Origin: Macrostomum lignano
Taxonomy: Eukaryota
NCBI GenBank assembly: GCA_002269645.1
Contig: NIVC01000033.1
Location: forward strand, 609,335 to 673,334
DNA: 64,000 nucleotides
Direction of reading: 5' to 3'
This document shows, piece by piece, positions 23,593 to 34,188 of the stretch (the stretch's first letter is position 1; each line of letters starts with the position of its first letter). Both the position numbers and the translations under genes were made by a program. The notes below the pieces were generated by a model. That model was not told the DNA's origin, searched no databases, and saw only the letters and a list, made by a program, of their open reading frames with translations.

Positions 23593-24007
23593 CTACACGG
23601 CAACCCGTCTGCCCCAGGCGGCAACCCAGAAGGCCAACACGCAGGCCAGGACGGCAGCCGCAGTCGGCACGGGCGGCAGGAGCAGCAGGCGGCGCAGCAG
23701 CAGCCGCCAGGTCGCCGGACGGCTGCCAGCAGCGGCGGCCGCCAGCCGCATGGCGGCTGCATCGGCGCGGCTTCGCTCGCTGCGCTCAGCCAGCGGCCGG
23801 CGCCGCGGACCGCCAGGAGTCGAATACGGCGACGGTGTCGACGGAGGCGTCGGCGAATCGTTGAGGACGTCGCCGTCGCCGTCGTCGAGCCGGTCAGGCA
23901 GGGCGGAGCCGCGCCGGCAGCTGTGCAGGTTGCGGCCCTGGGCTTCGAGGTTTTGCCGCAGCAGCTCCTCGATGTCGGGCTCCGGGGCGGCCAGGGCTGG
24001 CGGCGGC
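23593..24007 (-). CDS. PTPN1: PTP terminal exon with Pro-rich segment and hydrophobic C-terminal tail anchor (absent from the ORF track because it has no start codon)
   Basis: My translation: RPPPALAAPEPDIEELLRQNL...WRLLLRRLLLLPPVPTAAAVLACVLAFWVAAWGRRVAV*. Acceptor caacag in the correct phase; a tail anchor is characteristic of PTP1B/TC48. Confidence 0.82.
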
Positions 24008-24027
24008 CTGTTGGTGGATAGGCGGGA

Positions 24028-24785
24028 TTGCTTAGATTGGTGTGCTCAGATGGCTGGGAGTGCTTAGATTGGTGTGCTCAGATGGCTGGGAGTGCTTAGA
24101 TTGGTGTGCCCAGATGGCTGGGAGTGCTTAGATTGGTGTGCCCAGATGGCTGGGAGTGCTTAGATTGGTGTGCCCAGATGGCTGGGAGTGCTTAGATTGG
24201 TGTGCTCAGATGGCTGGGAGTGCTTAGATTGGTGTGCCCAGATGGCTGGGAGTGCTTAGATTGGTGTGCTCAGATGGCTGGGAGTGCTTAGATTGGTGTG
24301 CCCAGATGGCTGGGAGTGCTTAGATTGGTGTGCCCAGATGGCTGGGAGTGCTTAGATTGGTGTGCCCAGATGGCTGGGAGTGCTTAGATTGGTGTGCCCA
24401 GATGGCTGGGAGTGCTTAGATTGGTGTGCCCAGATGGCTGGGAGTGCTTAGATTGGTGTGCTCAGATGGCTGGGAGTGCTTAGATTGGTGTGCCCAGATG
24501 GCTGGGAGTGCTTAGATTGGTGTGCCCAGATGGCTGGGAGTGCTTAGATTGGTGTGCCCAGATGGCTGGGAGTGCTTAGATTGGTGTGCTCAGATGGCTG
24601 GGAGTGCTTAGATTGGTGTGCCCAGATGGCTGGGAGTGCTTAGATTGGTGTGCCCAGATGGCTGGGAGTGCTTAGATTGGTGTGCCCAGATGGCTGGGAG
24701 TGCTTAGATTGGTGTGCTCAGATGGCTGGGAGTGCTTAGATTGGTGTGCCCAGATGGCTGGGAGTGCTTAGATTGGTGTGCCAAA
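24028..24785. repeat. 32-bp intronic minisatellite (ttagattggtgtgcccagatggctgggagtgc)
   Basis: Direct inspection. Confidence 0.94.
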
Positions 24786-24965
24786 ACACATGGAAGTGCT
24801 TATGTTGTGAGCTGCGCCTCGCAATGCCCTTGCCCCAAACTCTGGGCTCTCCGCCCCTCCTCTCCCTGCCACTGGTTTTTTCTGGCTTGCCCCCTCCGTC
24901 TAAAGCTGCTATTCATTTTTTGCTCTCACTTTCATCAGCCCACATTTTCATTGGATGGCGTATTT

Positions 24966-24967
<2 letters not shown>

Positions 24968-25042
<75 letters not shown>
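24968..25042. repeat. (CT)n microsatellite
   Basis: Direct inspection. Confidence 0.95.
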
Positions 25043-25044
<2 letters not shown>

Positions 25045-25147
25045 GTGGGCTAGTCCAATCATGTGTCTCGCCGCGGAGGCACCTGATTGGCTAGCCTTCC
25101 CTCTCGCCCTTCAACTCTGTGAGTTTTGCCCCCAACCCCCAGCCCTG

Positions 25148-25375
25148 CGCTCAGATTAGTACTCCCAGGGTACTATGAGTGCTCAGATTAGTACTCCCAG
25201 GGTACTAGGAGTGCTCAGATTAGTACTCCCAGGGTACTAGAAGTGCTCAGATTAGTACTCCCAGGGTACTAGAAGTGCTCAGATTAGTACTCCCAGGGTA
25301 CTAGGAGTGCTCAGATTAGTACTCCCAGGGTACTAGGAGTGCTCAGATTAGTACTCCCAGGGAACTAGGAGTGTT
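25148..25375. repeat. 32-bp intronic minisatellite (gtgctcagattagtactcccagggtactagga)
   Basis: Direct inspection. Confidence 0.9.
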
Positions 25376-25708
25376 CCGATCTGATCAGATTCGTATTCCA
25401 GCATTGTAACAATGCCACTAAGCAACCATGTTATGCTGCTAGGGTTTATTAAACTAATTATAATCAGAGTGCTCAAGCAGAGACGGAATCAGATGTTAAA
25501 GAAATATCTAGTGCTCAGAGAGACGCCGAGAGCTCAGCTTTACCAAACCAGATATCAATGGAGAGCGGATAGATAGTGCTCAATCAAGCAACAAGCGAAT
25601 GCTTAGAGCCAATAAAGCACAAGGAGTGCCCAGAGAGTAAATTGAACCTGCAATTCCTACTCATAGCCAGTGAGCACAGACACTCGCCAGTGCTCAGAAT
25701 TCCCCTAC

Positions 25709-26254
25709 CGATCCGGGCAGTCCTCCGGCCGGAACCGGGGCAGGCGGCCGTCACCGGCAGCCAGGAGGCCCCTCGCGCCGGTCACGATCGCCCGGAAGCA
25801 GAAGCGCAACTGGCCGGGCGTCTGCACCAGGCCGGGCCGCTGCGCCCGCATCCTGCGCAGCTCCTGCAGCGGGTCCAGGCCGTACAGGGTGCCCTGCCGG
25901 CCGGCGATGGCCAGACAGGAGTCCACCAGGACGAGGCAGCCGGCCCGTCCGGCCCCGGCCGAGCAGTGGACAATCGGGGGCGCCGACGGGTCGTCGAATA
26001 GGCCGGCGGCCCGAGCGGCGGCCAGGTAGTTGAGGAAGGCGGCCGGGCCGGTGGGCGGCTGGCCAAAGTCCGGCCAAGCGGTGAACTGCAGGTGGATAAG
26101 GTCGCGAGTTCGAGTCCCGTCGTCCGCGTCTCCGCCGCTGTGGATCAGCCGGAGCCGCCGTTCGATCCACGGATCGGCGTCAGGGTCGTCGGCGGGGCCG
26201 CTTGGCGACTCGCTGAGCAGCTCGACAGTCAGGTGCACGTCGGGAAAGTCCAGC
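25709..26254 (-). CDS. PTPN1: PTP exon 3, catalytic core
   Basis: WPD loop FTAWPDFG, P-loop IVHCSAGAGRAG, Q loop RAQRPGLVQTPGQLRF. Acceptor ccccag, donor gtaggg, phase 2 at both ends. Confidence 0.93.
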
Positions 26255-26327
26255 CTGGGGCGGGGCGGCGATCCGGGATGTTCGGGCAGCGAGTGCAGAT
26301 AAATATACCCCTGCTGAACTCGAGTGT

Positions 26328-27132
26328 TTTAAATATCCCTTGTTGGTTCACTTAAATATCCCTTGTTGATTCACTTAAATATCCCTTGTTGATTCACTTA
26401 AATATCCCTTGTTGGTTCACTTAAATATCCCTTGTTGGTTCACTTAAATATCCCTTGTTGGTTCACTTAAATATCCCTTATTGGTTCACTTAAATATCCC
26501 TTGTTGATTCACTTAAATATCCCTTATTGGTTCACTTAAATATCCCTTGTTGGTTCACTTAAATATCCCTTGTTGATTCACTTAAATATCCCTTATTGGT
26601 TCACTTAAATATCCCTTGTTGATTCACTTAAATATCCCTTGTTGATTCACTTAAATATCCCTTGTTGATTCACTTAAATATCCCTTGTTGGTTCACTTAA
26701 ATATCCCTTGTTGATTCACTTAAATATCCCTTATTGGTTCACTTAAATATCCCTTGTTGGTTCACTTAAATATCCCTTGTTGATTCACTTAAATATCCCT
26801 TATTGGTTCACTTAAATATCCCTTATTGGTTCACTTAAATATCCCTTGTTGGTTCACTTAAATATCCTTATTGGTTCACTTAAATATCCCTTATTGGTTC
26901 ACTTAAATATCCCTTGTTGGTTCACTTAAATATCCCTTATTGGTTCACTTAAATATCCCTTGTTGATTCACTTAAATATCCCTTATTGGTTCACTTAAAT
27001 ATCCCTTATTGGTTCACTTAAATATCCCTTGTTGATTCACTTAAATATCCCTTATTGGTTCACTTAAATATCCCTTATTGGTTCACTTAAATATCCCTTA
27101 TTGGTTCACTTAAATATCCCTTATTGGTTCAC
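26328..27132. repeat. 23-bp intronic minisatellite (ttaaatatcccttgttggttcac)
   Basis: Direct inspection. Confidence 0.94.
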
Positions 27133-27212
27133 TCAGTTTCCAATCAGTTATCCAATCAATACTCCCACAGAATCAGCCTTGATCTCAAATGTAGAAAGCT
27201 TTCTCAGCTCAC

Positions 27213-27378
27213 CTGGGCTCCTGGGCAGTGGGATAGTATCTCGCGCACTTCTTCAAGCAGTCGGCCTCCAAGGTGCGGCACAGCATGAGTACACCTCGAC
27301 TGCCCGCCTGCCAGGCCATGAGCCAAAAGTGCGAGCTGGTGTGCGGCAACGGACCCTGCGTGATCAGGTACTCGCGAC
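27213..27378 (-). CDS. PTPN1: PTP exon 2
   Basis: GREYLITQGPLPHTSSHFWLMAWQAGSRGVLMLCRTLEADCLKKCARYYP. Acceptor ttcccag, donor gtgagc. Confidence 0.92.
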
Positions 27379-27489
27379 CTGGGAATGCATTCACAGAAAA
27401 TTTGCGTTCACAACTCGCTAAAGTAGAATGTAGTCAGTGAGAATAAGCACTTTAAACTAGATATTTTGCTAAAGAGGCAATTCTCCGGG

Positions 27490-28245
27490 GTTAGTCAGGG
27501 ACAGGGAGATGCTGTGTTGGTCAGGGACAGGGGGTCCTGTGTGGTCAGGGACAGGGGGTCCTGTGTGGTCAGGGACAGGGGGTCCTGTGTCGGTCAGGGA
27601 CAGGGGGTCCAACTGTGTAGGTCAGGGACAGGGGGTCCTGTGTCGGTCAGGGACAGGGGGTCCAACTGTGTAGGTCAGGGACAGGGGGTCCTGTGTCGGT
27701 CAGGGACAGGGGGTCCAACTGTGTAGGTCAGGGACAGGGGGTCCTGTGTTGGTCAGGGACAGGGGGTCCTGTGTTGGTCAGGGACAGGGGGTCCTGTGTT
27801 GGTCAGGGACAGGGGGTCCTGTGTTGGTCAGGGACAGGGGGTCCTGTGTTGGTCAGGGACAGGGGGTCCTGTGTTGGTCAGGGACAGGGGGTCCTGTGTT
27901 GGTCAGGGACAGGGGGTCCTGTGTCGGTCAGGGGGACAGGGGGTCCTGTGTCGGTCAGGGACAGGGGGTCCAACTGTGTAGGTCAGGGACAGGGGGTCCA
28001 ACTGTGTAGGTCAGGGACAGGGGGTCCTGTGTCGGTCAGGGACAGGGGGTCCAACTGTGTAGGTCAGGGACAGGGGGTCCTGTGTTGGTCAGGGACAGGG
28101 GTCCTGTGTTGGTCAGGGACAGGGGGTCCTGTGTAGGTCAGGGACAGGGGGTCCTGTGTTGGTCAGGGACAGGGGTCCTGTGTTGGTCAGGGACAGGGGT
28201 CCTGTGTTGGTCAGGGACAGGGGTCCTGTGTTGGTCAGGGACAGG
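27490..28245. repeat. ~25-bp G-rich intronic minisatellite (ggtcagggacagggggtcctgtgtt)
   Basis: Direct inspection; variant unit lengths. Confidence 0.93.
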
Positions 28246-28272
28246 TGACCAAAGCCCCGACCAGAGCCTCAC

Positions 28273-28756
28273 CAGCCCGTCGCAGATCCAGCCTGCTGGC
28301 ATTGATGTAGTCGCTGCCGCCAGGCGAGCCGGCCAGCCGGACGCGGCTCCAGTCGTACGGCACCAGATCCGCGTAGCGATTGCGTCGCTCGTTGCCAGGC
28401 AACCGGGCGGCGTCGGTTGTCAAAGCGAACGAGTCGCGCTGAGTTAATCGTTCAACTCGACGCATAGCGTCGGACCAGGCGTCGCGTTCGTCGTTATAAT
28501 TCAACTCGAGCTCGGCGTAGGACAGCATCTCCCGGTGGTTCGGATGCGGCGAGGCTGCGGAGTCTTCGGGCTGATGGCGCTGCTGCGGCTCCACCGCTGA
28601 TTCCGGCACGCCGTTCACAGCGAGTTCGGGCGCGCCAGTAGCGCAAGCACTACTAACAGTAGCAGAGTCTGGCAGTGTCCATTCTGAAGGGCCGTCGCCG
28701 CTGCCGCCGGTGTCTGCAGCGGCAGCCTGCCGAACAGCCGTCGTCGACTGCGCAGA
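28273..28756 (-). CDS. PTPN1: Non-receptor protein tyrosine phosphatase (PTP1B/TC-PTP-like), first identified exon; first in-frame ATG at 28528, frame open back to the acceptor at 28757
   Basis: RNRYADLVPYDWSRVRL...DYINAS (KNRY loop). Acceptor cttcag, donor gtgagg, phase 1. Confidence 0.85.
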
Positions 28757-28964
28757 CTGAAGTTTCGGAAATTCGGGTTGTTAAATATGAAATCCCTGTG
28801 ATTCTAGGAAGGTAAGAAAACAGACATCCTGGATAATCCTAGAAAGCTTGGACAGCAATTGTCAGGCATAAAACTGTCGCAATTCTTTACGAGTAAAAAA
28901 CAGGCAATTCTTAGAAAGGAATGGATAGATAGGCCAGGCGATTATAAGAAAAAATGGACAGGTA

Positions 28965-29705
28965 GACGACTCCTAGAAAGGAATAGATAGACATGCGATT
29001 CTTAGAAATGAATAGATAGACATGCGATTCTTAGAAAGGAAGAGATAGACATGCGATTCTTAGAAAGGAATAGATAGACATGCGATTCTTAGAAAGGAAG
29101 AGATAGACATGCATGCGATTCTTAGAAAGGAAGAGATAGACATGCGATTCTTAGAAAGGAAGAGATAGACATGCATGCGATTCTTAGAAAGGAATAGATA
29201 GACATGCGATTCTTAGAAAGGAAGAGATAGACATGCGATTCTTAGAAAGGAATAGATAGACATGCGATTCTTAGAAAGGAATAGATAGACATGCGATTCT
29301 TAGAAAGGAAGAGATAGACATGCATGCGATTCTTAGAAAGGAAGAGATAGACATGCATGCGATTCTTAGAAAGGAAGAGATAGACATGCGATTCTTAGAA
29401 AGGAATAGATAGACATGCGATTCTTAGAAAGGAATGGATAGACATGCGATTCTTAGAAAGGAATGGATAGACGTGCGATTCTTAGAAAGGAAGAGATAGA
29501 CATGCATGCGATTCTTAGAAAGGAAGAGATAGACATGCGATTCTTAGAAAGGAAGAGATAGACATGCATGCGATTCTTAGAAAGGAATAGATAGACATGC
29601 GATTCTTAGAAAGGAATAGATAGACATGCGATTCTTAGAAAGGAATAGATAGACATGCGATTCTTAGAAAGGAATAGAATAGACATGCGATTCCTAGAAA
29701 GGAAT
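28965..29705. repeat. 29/33-bp minisatellite (gatagacatgcgattcttagaaaggaata)
   Basis: Direct inspection. Confidence 0.93.
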
Positions 29706-30930
29706 CTTATTTTTAAGAAACGAAAGGACAAATAACTCTCAGAAAGTGAAGGAAATTCTTGGAAACGAAGAAGTGGCTGACAATTCTTAGCAAACGAAAA
29801 TGGAGATGATGTTCTTAGAAAGTAAGAGAGAGGCGATTCTAAGAAATATCAGGCAGGTGAAAGGATTTTTATAGAATTCTACTGCTACTGGTGCTTATTA
29901 AATAAAAATTCAGAAAGAGGACTGTAAATCCTGGAAAGATTACCAAACAGTTGATGGATTTAATCCGTTACGCATTTAATGCAATAAAATAAAATACAGA
30001 TTATTATTGATTAGCTAAGAAATGTAAACTCACACAACCCGAATTTCTTCAATGCAAAAAACAGACGAGTATATTGTTGAACAATTTATTATTGAATAAG
30101 ACTAAAAATCTGTACTGCTATAGCACTAGATAGTAAAACAAAAAAGATTGGCAGAGCTAGTTAGTAAAATAAACTAAAAGAAATCTACTGAAGAAAAGGT
30201 AGATAGGCACAGGTATCTGTGCAAAATGAAAGAGAAATTCTGCTTGGCAACAAGTAGCAACCTCTGGCGCAGAAATTGTCAGCTACAGAAAAGAACAATA
30301 TAAAAATGGCAGGTTAAAAAAAAGCTCACTTGTGATTGGCCACACTATCTCCTTCCCTGGAGTCTTTGTTTTAACGAATACATTATATAAATCTAAGCTG
30401 TGCGATATAGCTTTGCTCTGTTGGTCTGTCTGTCCCTCTCCAGACCCATAGGCTCACACTACGCAAGTTTATTCACATAGATATCACACAGACCTTCTAT
30501 CCCAGCTGCATCGAGTTTGAAAGCAGCGCAAAAATTCTGTCCATGTCCCGAGTCTACTACTACTACTACTACTACTAAACTTTGATTTTATCATCATATA
30601 TATATATAATATTTTGGTTTAGCACACCAGCAAACCCACCCAGCCAATAGGCGATAAATAAAACTAAAAAGAGAAGTTGATCTGATAGCTGTCAATAGAA
30701 TGAGTTCAAAAACACTTGGAAGTCTTCATGCTACAGGGCTGCTAGTTGAGATAGCGATTGAGATAGAGATATTGTCGAGCAGTAGTCTGATACACGGATT
30801 TATTAGTTTAAAATTTGCGGCCATTGACATATTTTTTCTATAAACTATCATAACTAGCAAGCCCTTGCATACTAGAAGTAGTGCTTGAGGCAAATGAGAG
30901 CAGGAACTAGATTTTAGTCTATGGCCACAG

Positions 30931-31416
30931 TCAGGGACACAGCTGTCTGAGAAGCCAAGTATTGTCACCGGCAAATGTAGCACTGTCATCGACAGCCAGC
31001 TCGCTGCTAGCACTACTGTCAGTAGCGCATCTAGATGAGTAGTACGCTAAGCGCACAGCCGAGCCAGACTCGCCAGACAGATCGGATTGATAAAACTCGT
31101 AATAAACTGGTTCGAAGTGGACCAACACCATCGAGTCGGGCGGCCGGTTAATGTCCGAACCGTTGCTTGGCAACAGCGCCAGCCTAGCGGCATCGGCGAT
31201 TTGGTCAGCCTGACCGGCAGTCAGGGCCCGGCTCTGCCGATCCCCTGCAGCGATGAAGGCCGCCCGGATGGACGGTGGGAAACCTTCCGAGAAAAGTGCA
31301 GAGGTGCGCACCGGGTCTGAGATTGCGCTGGCCAGGCCTTCAATGCTGACGTAGCGACCGAACTGGTGCCAGCTGTACAGCAAGGAGGCTCTGGCGTTGC
31401 TGCGAAGCTGCTGCAT
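30931..31416 (-). CDS. PNPO: Divergent PNPO-like protein, terminal exon
   Basis: [27 protein letters not shown] ~ [35 protein letters not shown] ~ YPQVMEFWQG; C-terminal WLLRQLCP* ~ WLYERLAP*. AATAAA on the - strand at 30799-30804. Confidence 0.78.
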   Translation of the reverse strand: [161 protein letters not shown]

Positions 31417-31479
31417 CTGCAATGCGGAGGAATTTGGCTACTGTGTGGACACAGCACAGTGCGGTAGGGCTGCGGGTCT

Positions 31480-31872
31480 TTTGCTGGACTTCCGAGGGCT
31501 CCAAGAGGACACCAGGGTCTTTCACTGGACTTCTGAGGGCTCCTAGAGGACACCAGGGTCTTTCACTGGACTTCCGAGGGCTCCAAGAGGACACCAGGGT
31601 CTTTCACTGGACTTCTGAGGGCTCCTAGAGGACACCAGGGTCTTTTGCTGGATTTCCGAGGGCTCCAAGAGGACACCAGGGTCTTTCACTGGACTTCCGA
31701 GGGCTCTAAGAGGACACCAGGGTCTTTCGCTGGACTTCCGAGGGCTCCAAGAGGACACCAGGGTCTTTCACTGGACTTCCGAGGGCTCTAAGAGGACACC
31801 AGGGTCTTTCGCTGGACTTCCGAGGGCTCCTAGAGGACACCAGGGTCTTTCACTGGACTTCCGAGGGCTCCA
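31480..31872. repeat. 41-bp minisatellite in the PNPO-like intron
   Basis: gggctccaagaggacaccagggtctttcactggacttccga, about 9-10 copies. Confidence 0.93.
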
Positions 31873-32040
31873 AGAGGACACCAGGGTCTTTCACACAAAA
31901 CCTCAGAGTCTTCAATAGTACGTTATAATCTTGTTAAGGACCTCAAGGTCATAAAGTGGACTTAGTTCATTGTTCTACTAACGACCGCAAAATTCAATGA
32001 AGCTCTAATCTGTCATTCTTTAGTGCGCAACAACACCCAC

Positions 32041-32289
32041 CTTTCTACTACCCCCAACAGTCAGCATAAAGAAGCCGGCCGCGCTGCCAACACCATTGAA
32101 GATCTGCACAGGTCGCTGCGAAGGCCCGAGAGTTTCACTGCAGGCGGTTGCTAAAACTGCAATTGAGGCTGCTCTGCCGGACCTGGCTGAGACTTCCCGC
32201 TGCCACTGCTGAAACAGGGCGTAGGGGCTGCCAAAGCCTCGAGCGATGGCATCCTGCGGACCCGCCAGACTGATCCAACTGGGGTCGGC
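32041..32289 (-). CDS. PNPO: Divergent pyridox(am)ine 5'-phosphate oxidase-like FMN split-barrel protein, exon A (no ATG; absent from the ORF track)
   Basis: My translation ADPSWISLAG...GSPYALFQQWQREV...IAVLATAC...GPSQRPVQIF...GFFMLTVGGSRK aligns by eye with PNPO DPxxQFxxWFEEA...MCLATC...PSARMLLLK...GFxFFTNFESRK. Acceptor ttcag at 32290, donor gtgggt at 32040, phase 0. Confidence 0.72.
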
Positions 32290-32872
32290 CTGAAGTATTC
32301 AGCCTTCATTGTATTATTTTTGTATTATTTAAGCTAGTTTTGGTGATTTTGATTTTTATCTAATTGGATTTTTTGTATTTAAGCAAAACATGCCCCAAGC
32401 TAACAAATGCAATTGCAAAGCCCCATGCAAAGAATTAGGAAAGTAAATAAAAAATACTCCTGATTTGCAATACTTTCCGACTCCAGTTTAGCTGCACAGT
32501 TTTTGTACCATGCTATTAAAAATAAAAATGCATGGCTTCTGAAAGCTCTTACCTAGAAGCTATGGAGATAGTTTCTTTATGAACAATGGCACAACCAAAA
32601 TTTTGTTAGTGGGGCAGGGAGCAGATTCTAGAGGGAAAAGACCTAAAATAGTGTGGAGAGGGTGGCTCTGTATTGGAAAAAATGTACTTGGTCTCCCTAT
32701 TTCATTTTTCAGGTCTCCACCAAAAGGCTCCTTCTAAATGCAACTAAGGTCACTTTGAATGTGACTTAGTTTGTTTACTCCATTGTGCAACTTGAACTTA
32801 CTTAGTTTATATTTTTTGCTATTTGCTATTTTGTTTTAATTTGCCTTTTGGTTCATTCAACAATGTCCTGTG

Positions 32873-33154
32873 CATGGAGGAAAGAATAGAATGGAGTGCT
32901 AATCTGAGCCAGTTATTTTTATCTCGCTCGATTTTCGCTTTCAACATCCCTTTCCCCCCGTTCCTTCCTATTGGCTGAAAGCATATTTTGATGCGAGCTC
33001 ATACTATGCTGGGACAGACCTTTCAGAGGGGAACGAAAACGAAAACGAGACGAAAAATACTTTGTCTATGGCAGTCACGAGCCAATAGGAAAGAACGGGG
33101 GGAAAGGGATGTCAAAAGTTAAGATCGAGCGAGATAAAAATTCTTTCCTCCATG
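32873..33154. mobile_element. 282-bp MITE with CATGG termini and 8-bp TSD straddling the Gypsy 5' LTR edge
   Basis: catggaggaaagaat...attctttcctccatg plus a longer imperfect inverted repeat; flanks GTCCTGTG (32865-32872) and GTACTGTG (33155-33162). Confidence 0.82.
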
Positions 33155-33158
33155 GTAC

Positions 33159-33283
33159 TGTGGTATCCCCAGACTGACTGTTCATTTCATTTATCTATGT
33201 TTGTACCATAGAGTATTTTGTTCTTTAAAATACACGCGACCGCCAAGAGAAACTTTAGATTGCTTGGCCATACGAACACCACA
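33159..33283 (+). repeat. 5' LTR of the Gypsy element
   Basis: tgtggtatcccc...aacaccaca, repeated at 40278-40402. Confidence 0.95.
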
Positions 33284-33284
33284 T

Positions 33285-33298
33285 TGGTGGCAGCGGTG
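33285..33298 (+). promoter_or_regulatory. Primer-binding site, complementary to the 3' end of tRNA-Leu(AAG/UAG)-type tRNA
   Basis: TGGTGGCAGCGGTG is the reverse complement of CACCGCUGCCACCA, the 3' end I recall for eukaryotic tRNA-Leu(AAG); it lies 1 nt after the LTR. Confidence 0.75.
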
Positions 33299-33343
33299 AA
33301 AAGAAAAAGCTACGGATGTACTATAAAGAAAATACCTCACAGG

Positions 33344-34153
33344 ATGGCCTCAGCACAGTTCTACAGCATTCGACATTTCGATCCAGACGAAGATCCGCTC
33401 AACAATGCAGATAAGTGGAACGAGTATGTGCAGGAAGTCGAGCTGTTCATGGAAGTGCAAGGAATAGCTGACGAAAAGAAGCAAGCTACATTATTGCTTC
33501 TAGCAGGGCCGAAAATTCGAAAGCTGTTGCAAACCGTAAGCTATGAACAAGGCTACGAAGCAACGAAGGAAGCGCTCAGCTCTCTATTCCAAGGCGCAAC
33601 GAACAGCGTCCTTGAGACTTACAAGCTGCTGTCAGTTAGCCAGATAGAGGGAGAACCGTTTGATTCCTTCTACAGCTGTCTAAAAAGTGCAGCAAAGTAC
33701 TGCAACTTGCACGTTGAGTACAAGCCTGAAGGAAATGAGAGCACAGTGAAGCTCAGCTTCGAGGATCATCTGCTACGCGATCTGATAGTCCTAAAGAGCA
33801 CGTCAAAGCCGCTAAGGACTCTGCTGCTACAGGAAGGCTCTGACCTCACCTTAAAGAAAGCAGTAGAAATCAGCAAGAATTTCGAAGCAACAAAAACGCA
33901 GGCTGAAGACATTGAAAAACCAACCAATGAGGCGCGCAACACAGTCAGCAAAATCGAAAACAGATCAACTAACAAGCTACAGTTCAAACAGACTGACAAG
34001 CGGACATCAACTCTAAACACCAACAAGTGCGATCGAGTCTGCTACAGATGCAACAGAACAGGTCACCGTCCCTGGGATTGCTTTGCTCGTAACATGGAAT
34101 GCAAATTTTGCCATAAAAAAGGCACATTAAGCAAGCATGTAGACTATGTCTAA
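33344..34153 (+). pseudogene. Gypsy gag (CCHC zinc knuckle CYRCNRTGHRPWDC, second knuckle degenerate)
   Basis: ATG at 33344 within track ORF 33218-34153; LLLLAGPKIR...QIEGEPFDSF...LKSAAKYC...LRDLIV gag-like motifs. Confidence 0.8.
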
Positions 34154-34188
34154 AGACAGGGAGCAGAATAAAAACTAGAAATATTCAG

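Noticed and set aside
28273-31416. PNPO-like/PTP fusion gene
   Set aside because: The PNPO-like frame ends in its own family-typical [8 protein letters not shown]-stop with a downstream AATAAA, so it is a separate gene.
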